A DNA stretch of 42,743 nucleotides, from NCBI RefSeq assembly GCF_001194135.2, contig NC_068985.1, positions 100,104,967-100,147,709 of the forward strand, written 5' to 3'. The translations under genes and the position numbers were made by a program. The stretch is from Octopus bimaculoides. Taxonomy: Eukaryota. Of the stretch, positions 12,819 to 25,479 are shown piece by piece; position 1 is the stretch's first letter, and the number at the start of each line of letters is the position of its first letter. The notes beneath the pieces are model-generated. The model was not told where the DNA came from. It did not search any database and saw only the letters and a list, made by a program, of their open reading frames with translations.

Positions 12819-12853
12819 GTAATAATAATGGTAATAATAATAATAATAATTAG
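12662..12853. repeat. Compound microsatellite (AAT)n(AAG)n(ATG)n(AAT)n
   Basis: Seen directly, next to an N-gap. Confidence 0.95.
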
Positions 12854-13375
12854 AATATAAATAAAATAAATGAAGCAAAAAAGTAAACAGGTAGAAATAA
12901 AAAAAGCTAGAAGAAAAGTGCCATCGATTCTTGTTTTGCTACATTCCGTATCCAGTATTTCTGATTGCAAGAATACGATTGATATGTCATTAAAATTTCC
13001 CATCATTCACTGCTATCTTCATTGTGCGTCTCGGTTTGTTTTCCGGAGGAAAAAAAAAGACACAAGGAAAGAAGGAGGGAGAAAGTGGGAGGGGAAGAAA
13101 GAGGGAGTGAGAGTGAGTGATTGAGAGGGAAGGAGGGAGAGAGAAATAGAGAAGGAGGTGTATCGCTAAGAGATAAAACAGAGTTCGATGAACAGTAAAT
13201 TATCGTGTATGTATGTGTCTGTGTATGTATGTGTGAGGGTGTATGCATGTGTGTATATGCAATGGGTCTGCGTGTGTGCAAATGTGTGTGTGTGTGTGTG
13301 TGATCAAATGACATCAATAATTTCTTATTGTTCCTGCTGTCAATGATTGTATTATCATTGTTGTTTTCTGTGTAG

Positions 13376-13393
13376 ATAATAATAATAATAATG

Positions 13394-13448
<55 letters not shown>

Positions 13449-14036
13449 GAGTAACAATAATAATAATAATAATAATAATNNNNNNNNNNNNNNNNNNNNN
13501 NNNNNNNNNNNNNNNNNNNNNNNNNNNNNNNNNNNNNNNNNNNNNNNNNNNNNNNNNNNNNNNNNNNNNNNNNNNNNNNNNNNNNNNNNNNNNNNNNNNN
13601 NNNNNNNNNNNNNNNNNNNNNNNNNNNNNNNNNNNNNNNNNNNNNNNNNNNNNNNNNNNNNNNNNNNNNNNNNNNNNNNNNNNNNNNNNNNNNNNNNNNN
13701 NNNNNNNNNNNNNNNNNNNNNNNNNNNNNNNNNNNNNNNNNNNNNNNNNNNNNNNNNNNNNNNNNNNNNNNNNNNNNNNNNNNNNNNNNNNNNNNNNNNN
13801 NNNNNNNNNNNNNNNNNNNNNNNNNNNNNNNNNNNNNNNNNNNNNNNNNNNNNNNNNNNNNNNNNNNNNNNNNNNNNNNNNNNNNNNNNNNNNNNNNNNN
13901 NNNNNNNNNNNNNNNNNNNNNNNNNNNNNNNNNNNNNNNNNNNNNNNNNNNNNNNNNNNNNNNNNNNNNNNNNNNNNNNNNNNNNNNNNNNNNNNNNGAA
14001 ACTAATAATAATAATAATAATAATAATAACAGCAAC

Positions 14037-14101
<65 letters not shown>

Positions 14102-14125
14102 TAATAATAATAATGATGATAATAA
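13376..14125. repeat. (AAT)n microsatellite on both sides of an N-gap
   Basis: Seen directly at 13376-13479 and 13998-14125. Confidence 0.9.
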
Positions 14126-14367
14126 TATCTAAAACAACCAGAATGATAACGACAATGATAATACAAAACGGTCTTCACCATCACAATCATCACCATTATC
14201 TCTCCCGTCATCCTCTGTCGTCCTTCTCGTTGTCGCCTTCTTCGTAAATCCTCGTCGCCGTCGTTGTCGTTGTCTCCGTCGTCTCCGCCATCCACAACGT
14301 TTGCCTTTATCATAACCGATAAAGTAGTTGCCATCATCAGCACAACCGTGGCAAATGCTAGTGTCTG

Positions 14368-14406
<39 letters not shown>

Positions 14407-14419
14407 TATCATCATCATC
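14368..14419. repeat. (CAT)n microsatellite
   Basis: Seen directly. Confidence 0.95.
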
Positions 14420-14919
14420 GATTTGTTCACAGCGTTTCGTTTTATTCTTGCAGGAATTATATTTTGATTTAGTTAATGTTGTTTCATAATATTATTTTTT
14501 TTCTCTCTCTCTTTTTTTTTTTTGTTCTTTCCAAACAAGTTGTTATTGCTATTAATTATGACGGTAATTCATCTTCTCATAATTATAAGCATTAAACTTA
14601 GTGATTTATAAAGATAACTATGCTTGGCAACAACGACAAAAACAACAACAGCAACAACAACAAAAGTAACGGTAATTATGACGGTATATAATGGCACAAG
14701 TCCACAATAAACAGACACGATTTACAGATAATAGCACTCGATTAGTTCTTATTGATATCATATCGTTCCATATTTTCGATCGATAACCCCTGTACCAGTA
14801 ATACTCTAACGTCGATAAAATCCTGTGTATCTTCCTAGAGAGCCAATATGTTTGTATCTATGTCTTATCTACCATTTTCGAGGCTGTTAATTCTGGAAAG
14901 TATCGTTAATATTATTTAG

Positions 14920-15120
14920 AAGGACGGCTGGAAGCATCATTAGCGCAGTGGAAAAATGCTTTGTAGTATTTCTACCGATATTTTTTAAGCTCCAACTTTA
15001 GATGCGTTCGGGGTGTACTTTGCTTTTCAATTAACATTGCTGAACTGGGGGCTATGTAATCGACCTACACCCTTGTCCGAAACTGTTGACCTTCAGCCAA
15101 AATTTGGAACCCTTGTTATT
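14920..15120 (+). mobile_element. Old, diverged SINE family A copy, tail type 2
   Basis: Head-like aaggacggctggaagcatcattagc...aaaatgctt; tactttgcttttca; ctgggggctatgtaatcgacc; gccaaaatttggaacc tail. Confidence 0.6.
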
Positions 15121-15964
15121 TCGGCAGCGAACAATCAGATTCGTTACAATGTCGAAACATTTCTTACAATATCTGTTCCAGGGCTTTATAGAATGATTTC
15201 AATTCTTACTCATATTGACTTTTCATTTCTTTTCATTCATTCGTGAGAGATAAAATAAAGTTTTGGTTAAATCCTGTTGTTGATGGTACCAACCGATCCA
15301 CCCCCCACCCCCAATCACTGGCCTATAAAATTAGGGGTGAGAGTTGCTGAGGGTATTATGTTGGCCTCAAAAGTTTGAGAACCTCTGTTTTAATGTATTG
15401 CATTTACTTAGCAACAATTCGTACATTATGTATCCTACCATCTTTTCAACTATTTTACATAGTATATTCTGCATTATAATTTTTGACCCTTCTGACGAAT
15501 AAAGAAATTTCTGTATTCCAGCATTCTTATTGAAAGAAATTCGAATATGCAATATGGCTTACGAGCAGAAGAGACACGATTCTGTCGGGTTTGCCAAATT
15601 GGAGTTGAAAGGAAATCGATAAGCCCTGAAAAGCAAAAACCACTGTGCATAACGTTAGAAGTGATAACAGAAAGGAAGCATCGTTTCTGTAGAGCAGAGG
15701 ATGGTGATTGTCAGTGAGTTAATTTCATGCGAATCAGATGGATGTCAGTTCTTTAGATATCTCCTGAGATGTCAGAGAAACAACATTATCAGCTTTTCGT
15801 TTGAGCAGTACAACATTCTAGGTCTCAGGTCAGCTGTGTTGATGTACATGAAAGGGAATGGAATATTTTCTCGCTCAGAAGAGTAAAACTAGTCTTTGAG
15901 CGGCTGCTGTTCATATGTTTCATAGTGATATTACGAGGTAGCATCTGGAGATATAGTAATTATT

Positions 15965-16178
15965 TATTTCTTTATTGCCCACAAGGGGCTAAAGATAGTG
16001 GACAAACAAGGACAGTCAAAGAGATTAAGTCGATTACATCTTCCGCAGTGCGTAGCTGGTATTATTTAATCGATCCCGAAAGGGTGAAAAGCAAAGTCGG
16101 CCTCGGCGGAATTTGAACTCAGAATGTCACGGCAGATGAAATACCGCTAAGCATTTCGACCGGCGTGCTAACGATTCT
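15965..16178 (-). mobile_element. SINE family A copy, tail type 1; 3' member of a tandem pair
   Basis: tatttctttattgcccacaaggggctaa...gattaagtcgattacat...aatttgaactcagaa...ccggcgtgctaacgattct, colinear with 25250-25479. Confidence 0.92.
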
Positions 16179-16373
16179 TATTTCTTTATTGCCCACAAGG
16201 GGCTAAACATAGCAGGGACAAACAAGGACAGACAAAGGGATTAAGTCAATTACATCCACTCCAGTGCGTAACTGGTACTTAATTACGACCCTAGTTCGTA
16301 ACTGGTACTTAATTAATCGACCCCGAAAGGTTGAAAGGCAAAGTCGGCCTCGGTAGAATTTGAACTCGGAACG
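16179..16373 (-). mobile_element. SINE family A copy, tail type 1, 5'-truncated, with internal 19-bp duplication
   Basis: Directly abuts the previous copy. cgtaactggtacttaatta occurs twice (16267-16285, 16297-16315). Confidence 0.9.
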
Positions 16374-17964
16374 AAGGCGGTTTCGCATTTTTCTGCGGCA
16401 TGCGGCATTATATGTATGTATTAATATNNNNNNNNNNNNNNNNNNNNNNNNNNNNNNNNNNNNNNNNNNNNNNNNNNNNNNNNNNNNNNNNNNNNNNNNN
16501 NNNNNNNNNNNNNNNNNNNNNNNNNNNNNNNNNNNNNNNNNNNNNNNNNNNNNNNNNNNNNNNNNNNNNNNNNNNNNNNNNNNNNNNNNNNNNNNNNNNN
16601 NNNNNNNNNNNNNNNNNNNNNNNNNNNNNNNNNNNNNNNNNNNNNNNNNNNNNNNNNNNNNNNNNNNNNNNNNNNNNNNNNNNNNNNNNNNNNNNNNNNN
16701 NNNNNNNNNNNNNNNNNNNNNNNNNNNNNNNNNNNNNNNNNNNNNNNNNNNNNNNNNNNNNNNNNNNNNNNNNNNNNNNNNNNNNNNNNNNNNNNNNNNN
16801 NNNNNNNNNNNNNNNNNNNNNNNNNNNNNNNNNNNNNNNNNNNNNNNNNNNNNNNNNNNNNNNNNNNNNNNNNNNNNNNNNNNNNNNNNNNNNNNNNNNN
16901 NNNNNNNNNNNNNNNNNNNNNNNNNNNNNNNNNNNNNNNNNNNNNNNNNNNNNNNNNNNNNNNNNNNNNNNNNNNNNNNNNNNNNNNNNNNNNNNNNNNN
17001 NNNNNNNNNNNNNNNNNNNNNNNNNNNNNNNNNNNNNNNNNNNNNNNNNNNNNNNNNNNNNNNNNNNNNNNNNNNNNNNNNNNNNNNNNNNNNNNNNNNN
17101 NNNNNNNNNNNNNNNNNNNNNNNNNNNNNNNNNNNNNNNNNNNNNNNNNNNNNNNNNNNNNNNNNNNGAATAAAAAAAAAAAGAAATATTTCCAAAACAT
17201 GGGAGGGCAGTATATAATTTTTGTGAAAATGCATTTGTTTGTTATTTCATTCCTGCTAACATATGCGTTATGTATCCAACCAAACACCTATTATTTTCTT
17301 TCTAAGCAATTAACATAGTTAAATTTAAAAAAGCTAGTTTGCTCTTTGCTAAAATATACATAAACAAAATGAAAATTCTCTATAACCATATTTTGAAAAC
17401 TGGATTTAGTCTATTATACGCTCAACGATAAATATTCAGAAAAAGAGAGACTTCCGAAGAAAATAGATCCTTTGGTGTATTGACTGTTACAGTAGCTTTT
17501 GAAATATCACTGAGTGCCAGATGATTTAATTTTTTCCTTCTATAAATTTACGGTACTTTAACATTCGTTGACTCGGAGGCAGTTACCACAATGTACAGAT
17601 TAACACCCACTTTTGAAGCAGTTTTGATCTGGGGTTATCGGCATTTCACTTCACTTCCGGTATTCAGTAAAGAATATATGGCATAGCATTTCACATCACC
17701 TCATCAAAAAATCAACTGCTATTGGTCATAAGAGGAAGTGGAGGAAGAGCAGAAGGAAGAAAAGGCGGAAGATATCGAGAAAGAAGATTTTTTCATCATA
17801 ATAGTTTCGAAATAATAGTTGTAGCATCAATATTAGCAACGCACAATATAATTGGTAAAGTGTAACGTCATTGTACAGACTTCTATTTTAAGAGATATTC
17901 ATTGCCTCTGAAATAATCAATAGACCAACAAACTTCTCACAGTGAAAAAAGAAAAAGAACGAGT

Positions 17965-17967
<3 letters not shown>

Positions 17968-18022
<55 letters not shown>
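17968..18022. repeat. (GA)n microsatellite
   Basis: Seen directly. Confidence 0.97.
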
Positions 18023-18024
<2 letters not shown>

Positions 18025-21000
18025 AGGAGTCAATTTAGACGGATGCTTTATCTAATTCATATTCAATGTTAAAGAAGCCGACACTGTACAAAATGTTAGT
18101 TTAATATTAGGCAAAGCAATTAAAACAATTGTTTAAAAACCATTATCTATTAGTATATGAGAGCAAAATATAATGTAAAGGAAAGAACGGCAAATAATAA
18201 TACAAAACACGCAAAGAAAAACCATCACGTACAACTACAAATAGAACGAAATGATTAAAAAATATAAATATAATAAGAGAACTTTTAAAAGCGACTTCAA
18301 ATAAAACGAAGAATATAAACAAAATTTGCTGGAGCTTCTTCAATTGGAATAAAAATAACTTCACTGCTCGACTGGTTATTATTAAATTATCACCTTTTAT
18401 GTCTTCACTCCAGACGGTGGGAGATGTTCGTCTATTGAGTTGATATTTTTTCTCTTCTTTGTAATGAAATATTTTACTTCTCATGTTTTTCGTAGGAATT
18501 TTCTCCCTGACTCTGGCGAGATGAAAGTATAGTAGCGGAAGTGCAGTGAAACGTTTGGTGGTGACTGAATTTTTATTTTATTTTACTATGAACTATGTAT
18601 GGTGATATGAGATTAAGTTTTACATTGTGTGCGCTTAGTGAAGACTTTTTCGTGCCTTTATAATCTTAACTTTAAATTTGTATGAATTAATATAACCCCA
18701 CCACAACAAATTTTCGGAAGGGGAACACTCGAAATAATTGTCAGCTTAGGGTATTGAGTGTAGTTTTATATAAGTAAGAAAGGTTACAATTTTTTGAGAT
18801 ACACCGAGACGTAATGCTCAGTGTGGACTAACAAGTCGACATACAATAGAAATAAATAAATAATTATAGGAATCAATCACATATAATGTACGTAAAGGCT
18901 GCTCTATTAGAACGTTTTCAAATATTGACTAGCAAAGTAGTGTTCCTCAGAAAAAGGTATTAAACTTGGCTTTTAACCTATTCACTGGTTAAAACCTATT
19001 TACCGAACGCAAGAGCTTCGTAGTAAAATGATAGGTTGATAGTTCGTATGCATTTGTCAACTCTCTTCTTGTGTCAATGTCAGAGAAAATTATCAAACGC
19101 CCAATAAATTTATGGTGAAACTGTTGCCTACAGCGGTGAACGTTTTTCACTTTATTGATTATTTACATCTTTTAGAGTTGGGTCGTTGGAGGTTTAATGT
19201 GTTAGTCGTGGACACAGTGTAGTGACGTTGATGATAACACAACTGTCTACCCTTTGATCGTTGGAGTGTTATACCTTATTGATTCGGTCAGCTGATGCTC
19301 TTATATCGATCGAGACATAGGCGTATAGTAAATGCAAGTACAAAATATATTGGTTCACAATCCAATCAATCATTGCCATCTCAAGTAAAAACACATCCTA
19401 GAAATAGACAACTTAATTCGATGGATATTTCTAAGTTCCTTTCAAGTTATTCTAATACAGAACATACTTATTTAACCCCGGTTACTATCAATAAGCTAAT
19501 ATCAAGTTTTATTGATAAGAAATATACATTATAAGAACATTCATTATAAATGTTATATGAAGAAATCGTAAAACTGATGTAGTACGAAATAACTTCACTA
19601 CGTAACCCATTCACGGCGTTACTGAGTGTACCTGACCAAGAAATATAAACCTCAAATACTAATTAACTCACCTGAAACTAGCTTCTGTAGGGCAGGAGAT
19701 AATTCGGTGTAACTAAGAGTGATGTTTAGAAACCAATTTTTACGGTGCTAAAAATGCCGTTTGTTCCAAAAATGAAGACTCGTCATGAGTTTACTAAATC
19801 AAGCTAAAACTATAAAAAATATATTCCTTTTACGAGTCAAACAAATGTTACAAGCACTTGAAGATTAGAGAACATTAGCTTAGCAGGTCTTGTGCACTTA
19901 GTGGTCAAGGTGTTCCTGGATGTTCGGGATTCTTTCATTGATTGGAAGCTCCCCATATTTCCACGTATTTTTTATACTGTGTACATACTTATTTCATCTC
20001 TCGCTCCTCTCCAATTTTCTCATGTTTTCATATAAACTCCTCACATAAATTGTAAACTTCCCTTATATTCCTCTTGTTTGTTGCACTACATTTGAAGAAA
20101 AGATATTACTGTTGTTTCTGGTGATAAGGATATTCATGTCATTTTGTGCTGTAGACTATTATAGTTTGCAGAACAGTAATATACTCATTCACGACCCTTT
20201 ACACTTTTAGAGCACATCTATGTACTGACAAGTTTGCCTTTCGTCAAAAAGAAGAGGTCAGAGTCAATTGCAACGATTCCAGCAAATCCTGGAACGTGTT
20301 AGATCGATCTGACATGAGGAAAAGCAAGATTTTTCAATGGAGAATAAACACGACCATTGTAAAAAAAAATATGTATCTTACCTATTCATTCAAGCGTGAC
20401 AACCCCACCACATGTTTACACACATATATACACACACGCATACACACATAAACACACATGCACATAATAACATACGTATAAAATCACTCTAAACAAACAA
20501 TAATACGAAGGCAAATACTCAAACATTGTCAATGACAATGAAATCTGTAAACCAAATTTGAAGCAACACCAGAACAGCCATTGTCAGTCAGGAAAACAGA
20601 GTGAAGAAAATCAAGCGTATCAGTCTAAACTCTCGTTTCCTCCATGTTGTAAAGGCAGAAATTTCATCACAGGTCTTTTGATTACTATACAAGAATCAAA
20701 TTTATATTTGATTTTATAATCAGAGGAGTTGCTGCAGCAAAAGGTTATCAGTAACTGCCAGTTTATATCATATAAAATACTATTGTTTGCACTGAATATC
20801 GAGCTTTTCGTAATTTAGATACTGGCCTCCCATGACATTACAAAAAATATAAAACCTATACTCTCGTTCTCTCTTTCTAAAACTCTCTTCCCTTCCTTTC
20901 TTTTATCGGCACACAAATATGCACACAAATATGCACACATAGACCACGCATACATACACACACATACCTACATACATACAAATACAAACATATATACATG

Positions 21001-21349
21001 CATACATACACACACGCGCATATACACAAATAGTTTTGCATAACTTTTTTAACAATGAACCTCGAAGTAGCTAGATATAAATAGTTGTGCGTAGAATATC
21101 AGGTTAAGAAACCAAATATTAGGTTAAAATGTCGAAGGAAGCCTTCGATATTTTCTTTCCAAGAGGGCTTTTAAAGCAATGAACGTTATTATTTATTGAG
21201 TTATTGCTTTATCTTCTCTGAAATCCACCGTTAAGAAAATTATATTTTTCGTATATTTCGAAATTTGTATCTGCTTATTACATAATACATGCAAACATAT
21301 ATACATACATACATAATATATACATACATATATATAACTTCACACATGC

Positions 21350-21364
21350 ACGCGCGCACGCACG

Positions 21365-21420
<56 letters not shown>

Positions 21421-21431
21421 TATATATATAT
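21350..21431. repeat. (CA)n/(TA)n microsatellite
   Basis: Seen directly. Confidence 0.95.
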
Positions 21432-21718
21432 TTGTTTTGCAAGATTTTTGATGTGAAATCGTGCGTTGAAACAGATGTTGTTGNNNNNNNNNNNNNNNNN
21501 NNNNNNNNNNNNNNNNNNNNNNNNNNNNNNNNNNNNNNNNNNNNNNNNNNNNNNNNNNNNNNNNNNNNNNNNNNNNNNNNNNNNNNNNNNNNNNNNNNNN
21601 NNNNNNNNNNNNNNNNNNNNNNNNNNNNNNNNNNNNNNNNNNNNNNNNNNNNNNNNNNNNNNNNNNNNNNNNNNNNNNNNNNNNNNNNNNTATATATATA
21701 TATATATATATATACATA

Positions 21719-22228
21719 CGAGTGGTACCCTAAAGTAACGGGAAGCATTCTCTGTAGGAGAAGCCTGTTGTAGTTCAGACTTCCACCGCTAGAATATACG
21801 TGTTGCGACTCTCAGGCTTCAGTCTACAGACCGGCATCGCGCACTGATGTCCTACTGACACGTAGTGTGTTTTTGTTTTACAGTGCTGTTCGACGATGTT
21901 TGCGACGGCTGAAACAAAAGAAGAGCTTGTATCTGTGAAATTCTGCTCTCTGACAGTGAAAACGGCGGCGGAAACAGTTGTCGTGATTTAAATAGAGTAC
22001 AAGGACGCTGCCATGATCAAAACATAAGTTTACAAGTGGTTGTCGCATGAAAAGCAGCCTCGTTCAAAGCGACCATCGACCTATTGAACGAATGAAAACA
22101 TTACGAGAATCCACGAAGTGATCTGGCAGTACGGGCGCCGAACAATTGACGAACTTGTTGATATGAATAGTGTGTCCTGGAGCTGATGCCAACAGATTTT
22201 GAGTGAGGAATTGCTAATAAAAAGAGTT
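21719..22228 (+). mobile_element. Mariner-family DNA transposon, 5' portion (left TIR plus N-terminal transposase)
   Basis: TA (21717-21718) followed by cgagtggtaccctaaagtaacgggaa, a mariner-like terminus, then a decayed transposase frame. No right TIR was found. Confidence 0.85.
21896..22228 (+). pseudogene. Decayed mariner transposase, N-terminal HTH DNA-binding region (111 codons, 4 stops)
   Basis: Manual translation in one frame: MFATAETKEELVSVKFCSLTVKTAAETVVVI*IEYKDAAMIKT*VYKWLSHEKQPRSKRPSTY*TNENITRIHEVIWQYGRRTIDELVDMNSVSWS*CQQILSEELLIKRV. It carries the mariner hallmarks IKFC..GKTAAET, VY.W, PRSGRPS, RR.TI.EL and IL.E.L. Confidence 0.9.
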
Positions 22229-22250
22229 ATATATATATATATATATATAT

Positions 22251-22457
22251 TCTTTAACTTGTTTCAGTCATTTGACTGCGGCCATGCCGGAGTACTAGCA
22301 TTAGTCGAAGAAATCGACCCCCAGGATGTATTCTTTGGTAGCCTGTTATTTAATATATCGGTCACTTTTGCTGAAACGCTAAGTTACAGTAACGTAAACA
22401 CCCAAATCATTAGTCGAGAGATGGGGGTGGGGACAAACAGACAAAAAACTCATAAAC
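22251..22457 (-). mobile_element. SINE family B 3' portion
   Basis: Colinear with 41613-41813. A (TA)n tail at 22229-22250 abuts the truncated mariner. Confidence 0.9.
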
Positions 22458-22554
22458 ATATATGTGTATGTATGTATGTAGCTTATGTATAAATATGTTC
22501 TCATATATTTTTATATCTATGTCTATCTATGCATCCATCCTGCCATCTATCTCT

Positions 22555-22596
22555 GTCTGGCTCTCTCTATATATATACATATATACACACACTCAC

Positions 22597-22627
<31 letters not shown>

Positions 22628-22700
22628 TATTTATGTATATATATATATATATATTTATACATATGCACATATATGTATATATATATATATATATATATAC
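22555..22700. repeat. Degenerate (TA)n microsatellite
   Basis: Seen directly. Confidence 0.9.
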
Positions 22701-23254
22701 GTGCTTGTATGTACGTATGCACATCTATGTATTATATTATGTAACCTATTTTTATTTCCATTTAAAATATCAGTTGAAATGCAATCATTGTAAAGTTCAT
22801 TGGCAGTTGTAAATATTATGACCACACCAGACACGAATTGAATTTTAAAATGTTTATTTTTATGCCTGGTGTTATTGTAACTCACGGTAGAACTCGTGCT
22901 AAAGTTAAGGTGGAGGAAATGTGGAACATTCTCATTGAGATAATTCAAAGTTTATCAATTTTAGAAAAGAATTTACACATAAAATCATTCATATGAGTTT
23001 ATAAAAAGCAATCAATCATGTAATCGATTTGAAAGCAATGGATTGACGGGTATTCAACTAAAAGCATTTGATAACAATCACAAGAAATATAATTAGATTT
23101 TCTACATTGAAAGCATCAATACACATTCTATATTGAAACTGCTAACTTCATAAATGTGGTTATCAACAATTGTCAGGTGTAATTTATTAGGCAAACACAC
23201 AACAGTTGTTATGCTGCGGTGAAATATTAAAATTGTAAAGACATAGCATATAGT

Positions 23255-23257
<3 letters not shown>

Positions 23258-23321
<64 letters not shown>
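23258..23321. repeat. (GA)n microsatellite
   Basis: Seen directly. Confidence 0.97.
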
Positions 23322-23324
<3 letters not shown>

Positions 23325-23873
23325 AAGATAAAATTAGAATGAGAGTGAGTAGAAGAAAAGGAAAGGAAACTAAAAAAAATATTTAAGAAAACAAGGAATA
23401 CGACATATGATTTGATTGTGGTTAATTTTATTTAAAAGAGAATACCGATTTTTTTCCACTTGAACAAAAGGATTTATCATCTATTATATGCGAAATGAAT
23501 GGGACGAAACATAGCTTTATTAGCAGCAACGACTTCCATATATTGAACAATTATCAAAAGGCTGTTCTGCCGAAAAGAATTTATATAACAAAGGATTAGA
23601 TAGGAAGAACTGAAAAAGAAATCCTTAAACAAGCTATTGGTTTGTTCAATACTTGAAGTCATATATTTGAATGAACTCGTTGGTAATTAATATGGATAAG
23701 TCACTGATAAGTCATATCACAACGTATATGAACAATTTAAACGGAAGAGATCTAAGAATCCGAATAGAAACTGCCTCTAGTAATCTGCAAATATGAGTGC
23801 CTTTGAATTGTTGGAATACCTCAATAGTTGTGCCCAGATTTTTTTTTAAAATTTTAGGTCATGGTAATAAATA

Positions 23874-23950
<77 letters not shown>
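23874..23950. repeat. (TAC)n microsatellite
   Basis: Seen directly; source of the poly-T and poly-L ORFs. Confidence 0.97.
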
Positions 23951-24138
23951 TTCTTATTATTATCATTATTACTATTGTTCAGTAGTTTTATTTTTATAAC
24001 GTGCTTTCACTTCACTATCGAGCGCAGCTCTGTGTGCCTTGGGTATGTGCTGTGGTTTGCTGTGATGCTCTTATGGTTACTGTATTGAAAGTGTTTTGCG
24101 TAGGATGTGTGCAGTGCCCAGTAGTGCAATTTTCTGTA

Positions 24139-24140
<2 letters not shown>

Positions 24141-24191
<51 letters not shown>
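24141..24191. repeat. (TTA)n microsatellite
   Basis: Seen directly. Confidence 0.97.
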
Positions 24192-24192
<1 letters not shown>

Positions 24193-25249
24193 AAATATTA
24201 CGTAAAATGTGATTATTTCAGTTACAGATTGTATAGGTGCAGCACAACAGTACATAACGGTATTTAACTGATTGTATCATTTATAAAGAAGCGGTGATTA
24301 CAACAGGTTTTATGGGTTAGTAAGTGAATATTTCATGGTGTAAATATTTCACTTTTAAATGTATGTTCACATCAAGTGAAACGTTAGAAAAGTAGAACAC
24401 CTCAAAGTTATTATTAATTTGCTGAACTTAATGAGTACACCATTAGCTCTCTAGAGCCAAATTGGTTTTACTTCCATCGTTGAGTTTGTAAATTATGACT
24501 AATCGGACATAAATGCAGATATTTAGAAATTATCTTCAATATAATTAAGTGCCATGTTTTTTTTTTTATGAATTGGCGTGTCTTAAGCTGATTACTATAC
24601 TTTCCCTACCCTAGCTTGACCATGTCTGTAAATAGCAAAACTAAAGATTTAGCAGGCTCTCGCAACTAGCCAGACGTAGATATTGAATTCTTTCTGCCTC
24701 TCTCTCATAGATTACGATAGTTTGAAGCAACCATGATATTGACATTAAATTTACTGGATCTGTTGACACATGTGATCACTTCAATTTTTTTTGTATGTCC
24801 AGTGATTATATTATCTTATCTAACGAGGTTTGCTCTCTATGCCTTTGTCATTTCCCAAAAAATACTCCACCCCAGAAGCGAATAAAATACTCTGCTAACA
24901 GAACGTATTATTTTGCAGTTTTTTTCTGATTTTAGAACAGTAATCAACTCCGTATCACTGTTTCCTATTAGAAGTAGATTTTTACGGAATTAGATATTTT
25001 TGGCTATTCAGCTATTTTTGTTTTATATATATTTGCCAAGCACTTGTACAAGATAGAGTAAAAATCACTACACAACGCTTGCTATTCACCCGGTTCCTTT
25101 ATGCAAGGCTATCGGTGAGTATCATATGTCACGCAGTAAAGAATGAATATGTTCACTGGGATCAAATACTAAAATTATTCCTGGCAAAAAATAGTTTTCG
25201 ATACGTGCGCAGGCGTGAGTGTGTTGTAAGATATATATATATATATATA

Positions 25250-25479
25250 TATTTCCTTATTGCCCACAAGGAGCTAAACATAGAGAAAGACAAACAAGGA
25301 CAGACAAAGGGATTAAGTCGATTACATCGACCCAGTGCGTAACTGGTATTTTATTTATCGACCCCGTAAGAATGAAAGTCAAAGTCAAAGTCAACCTCGG
25401 CGGAATTTGAAACGTAACGGCAGACGAAATACCGCTAAGCATTTCACCCGGCGCGCTAAAGTTTCTGCCAGCTCAACTT
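25250..25479 (-). mobile_element. SINE family A, near full length, tail type 1
   Basis: On the minus strand: head gagctggcagaaactttagcgcgccgggtgaaatgcttagcggtatttcg, B-box-like tttcaaattccgccgagg, core gtcgatgtaatcgac and tail type 1. Flanked by (TA)n. Confidence 0.93.

Noticed and set aside
15370-15387. hAT/Charlie-like right TIR (agtttgagaacctctg)
   Set aside because: No matching left TIR or 8-bp TSD was found; an 18-bp resemblance alone is insufficient.
15545-15720. Possible Tc1-like N-terminal HTH remnant (MAYEQKR...KTTVHNV)
   Set aside because: Needs a frameshift and stops, similarity is too weak, and no TIR was seen.
20211-20420. Open frame after a ttttag acceptor (AHLCTDKFAFRQKEEVRVNC...)
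   Set aside because: No recognisable domain and no donor; an open frame of this length is expected by chance in 42 kb.
25040-25128. Exon candidate ending ctatcg|gtgagt
   Set aside because: Weak acceptor, no recognisable peptide in any frame and no partner exons.
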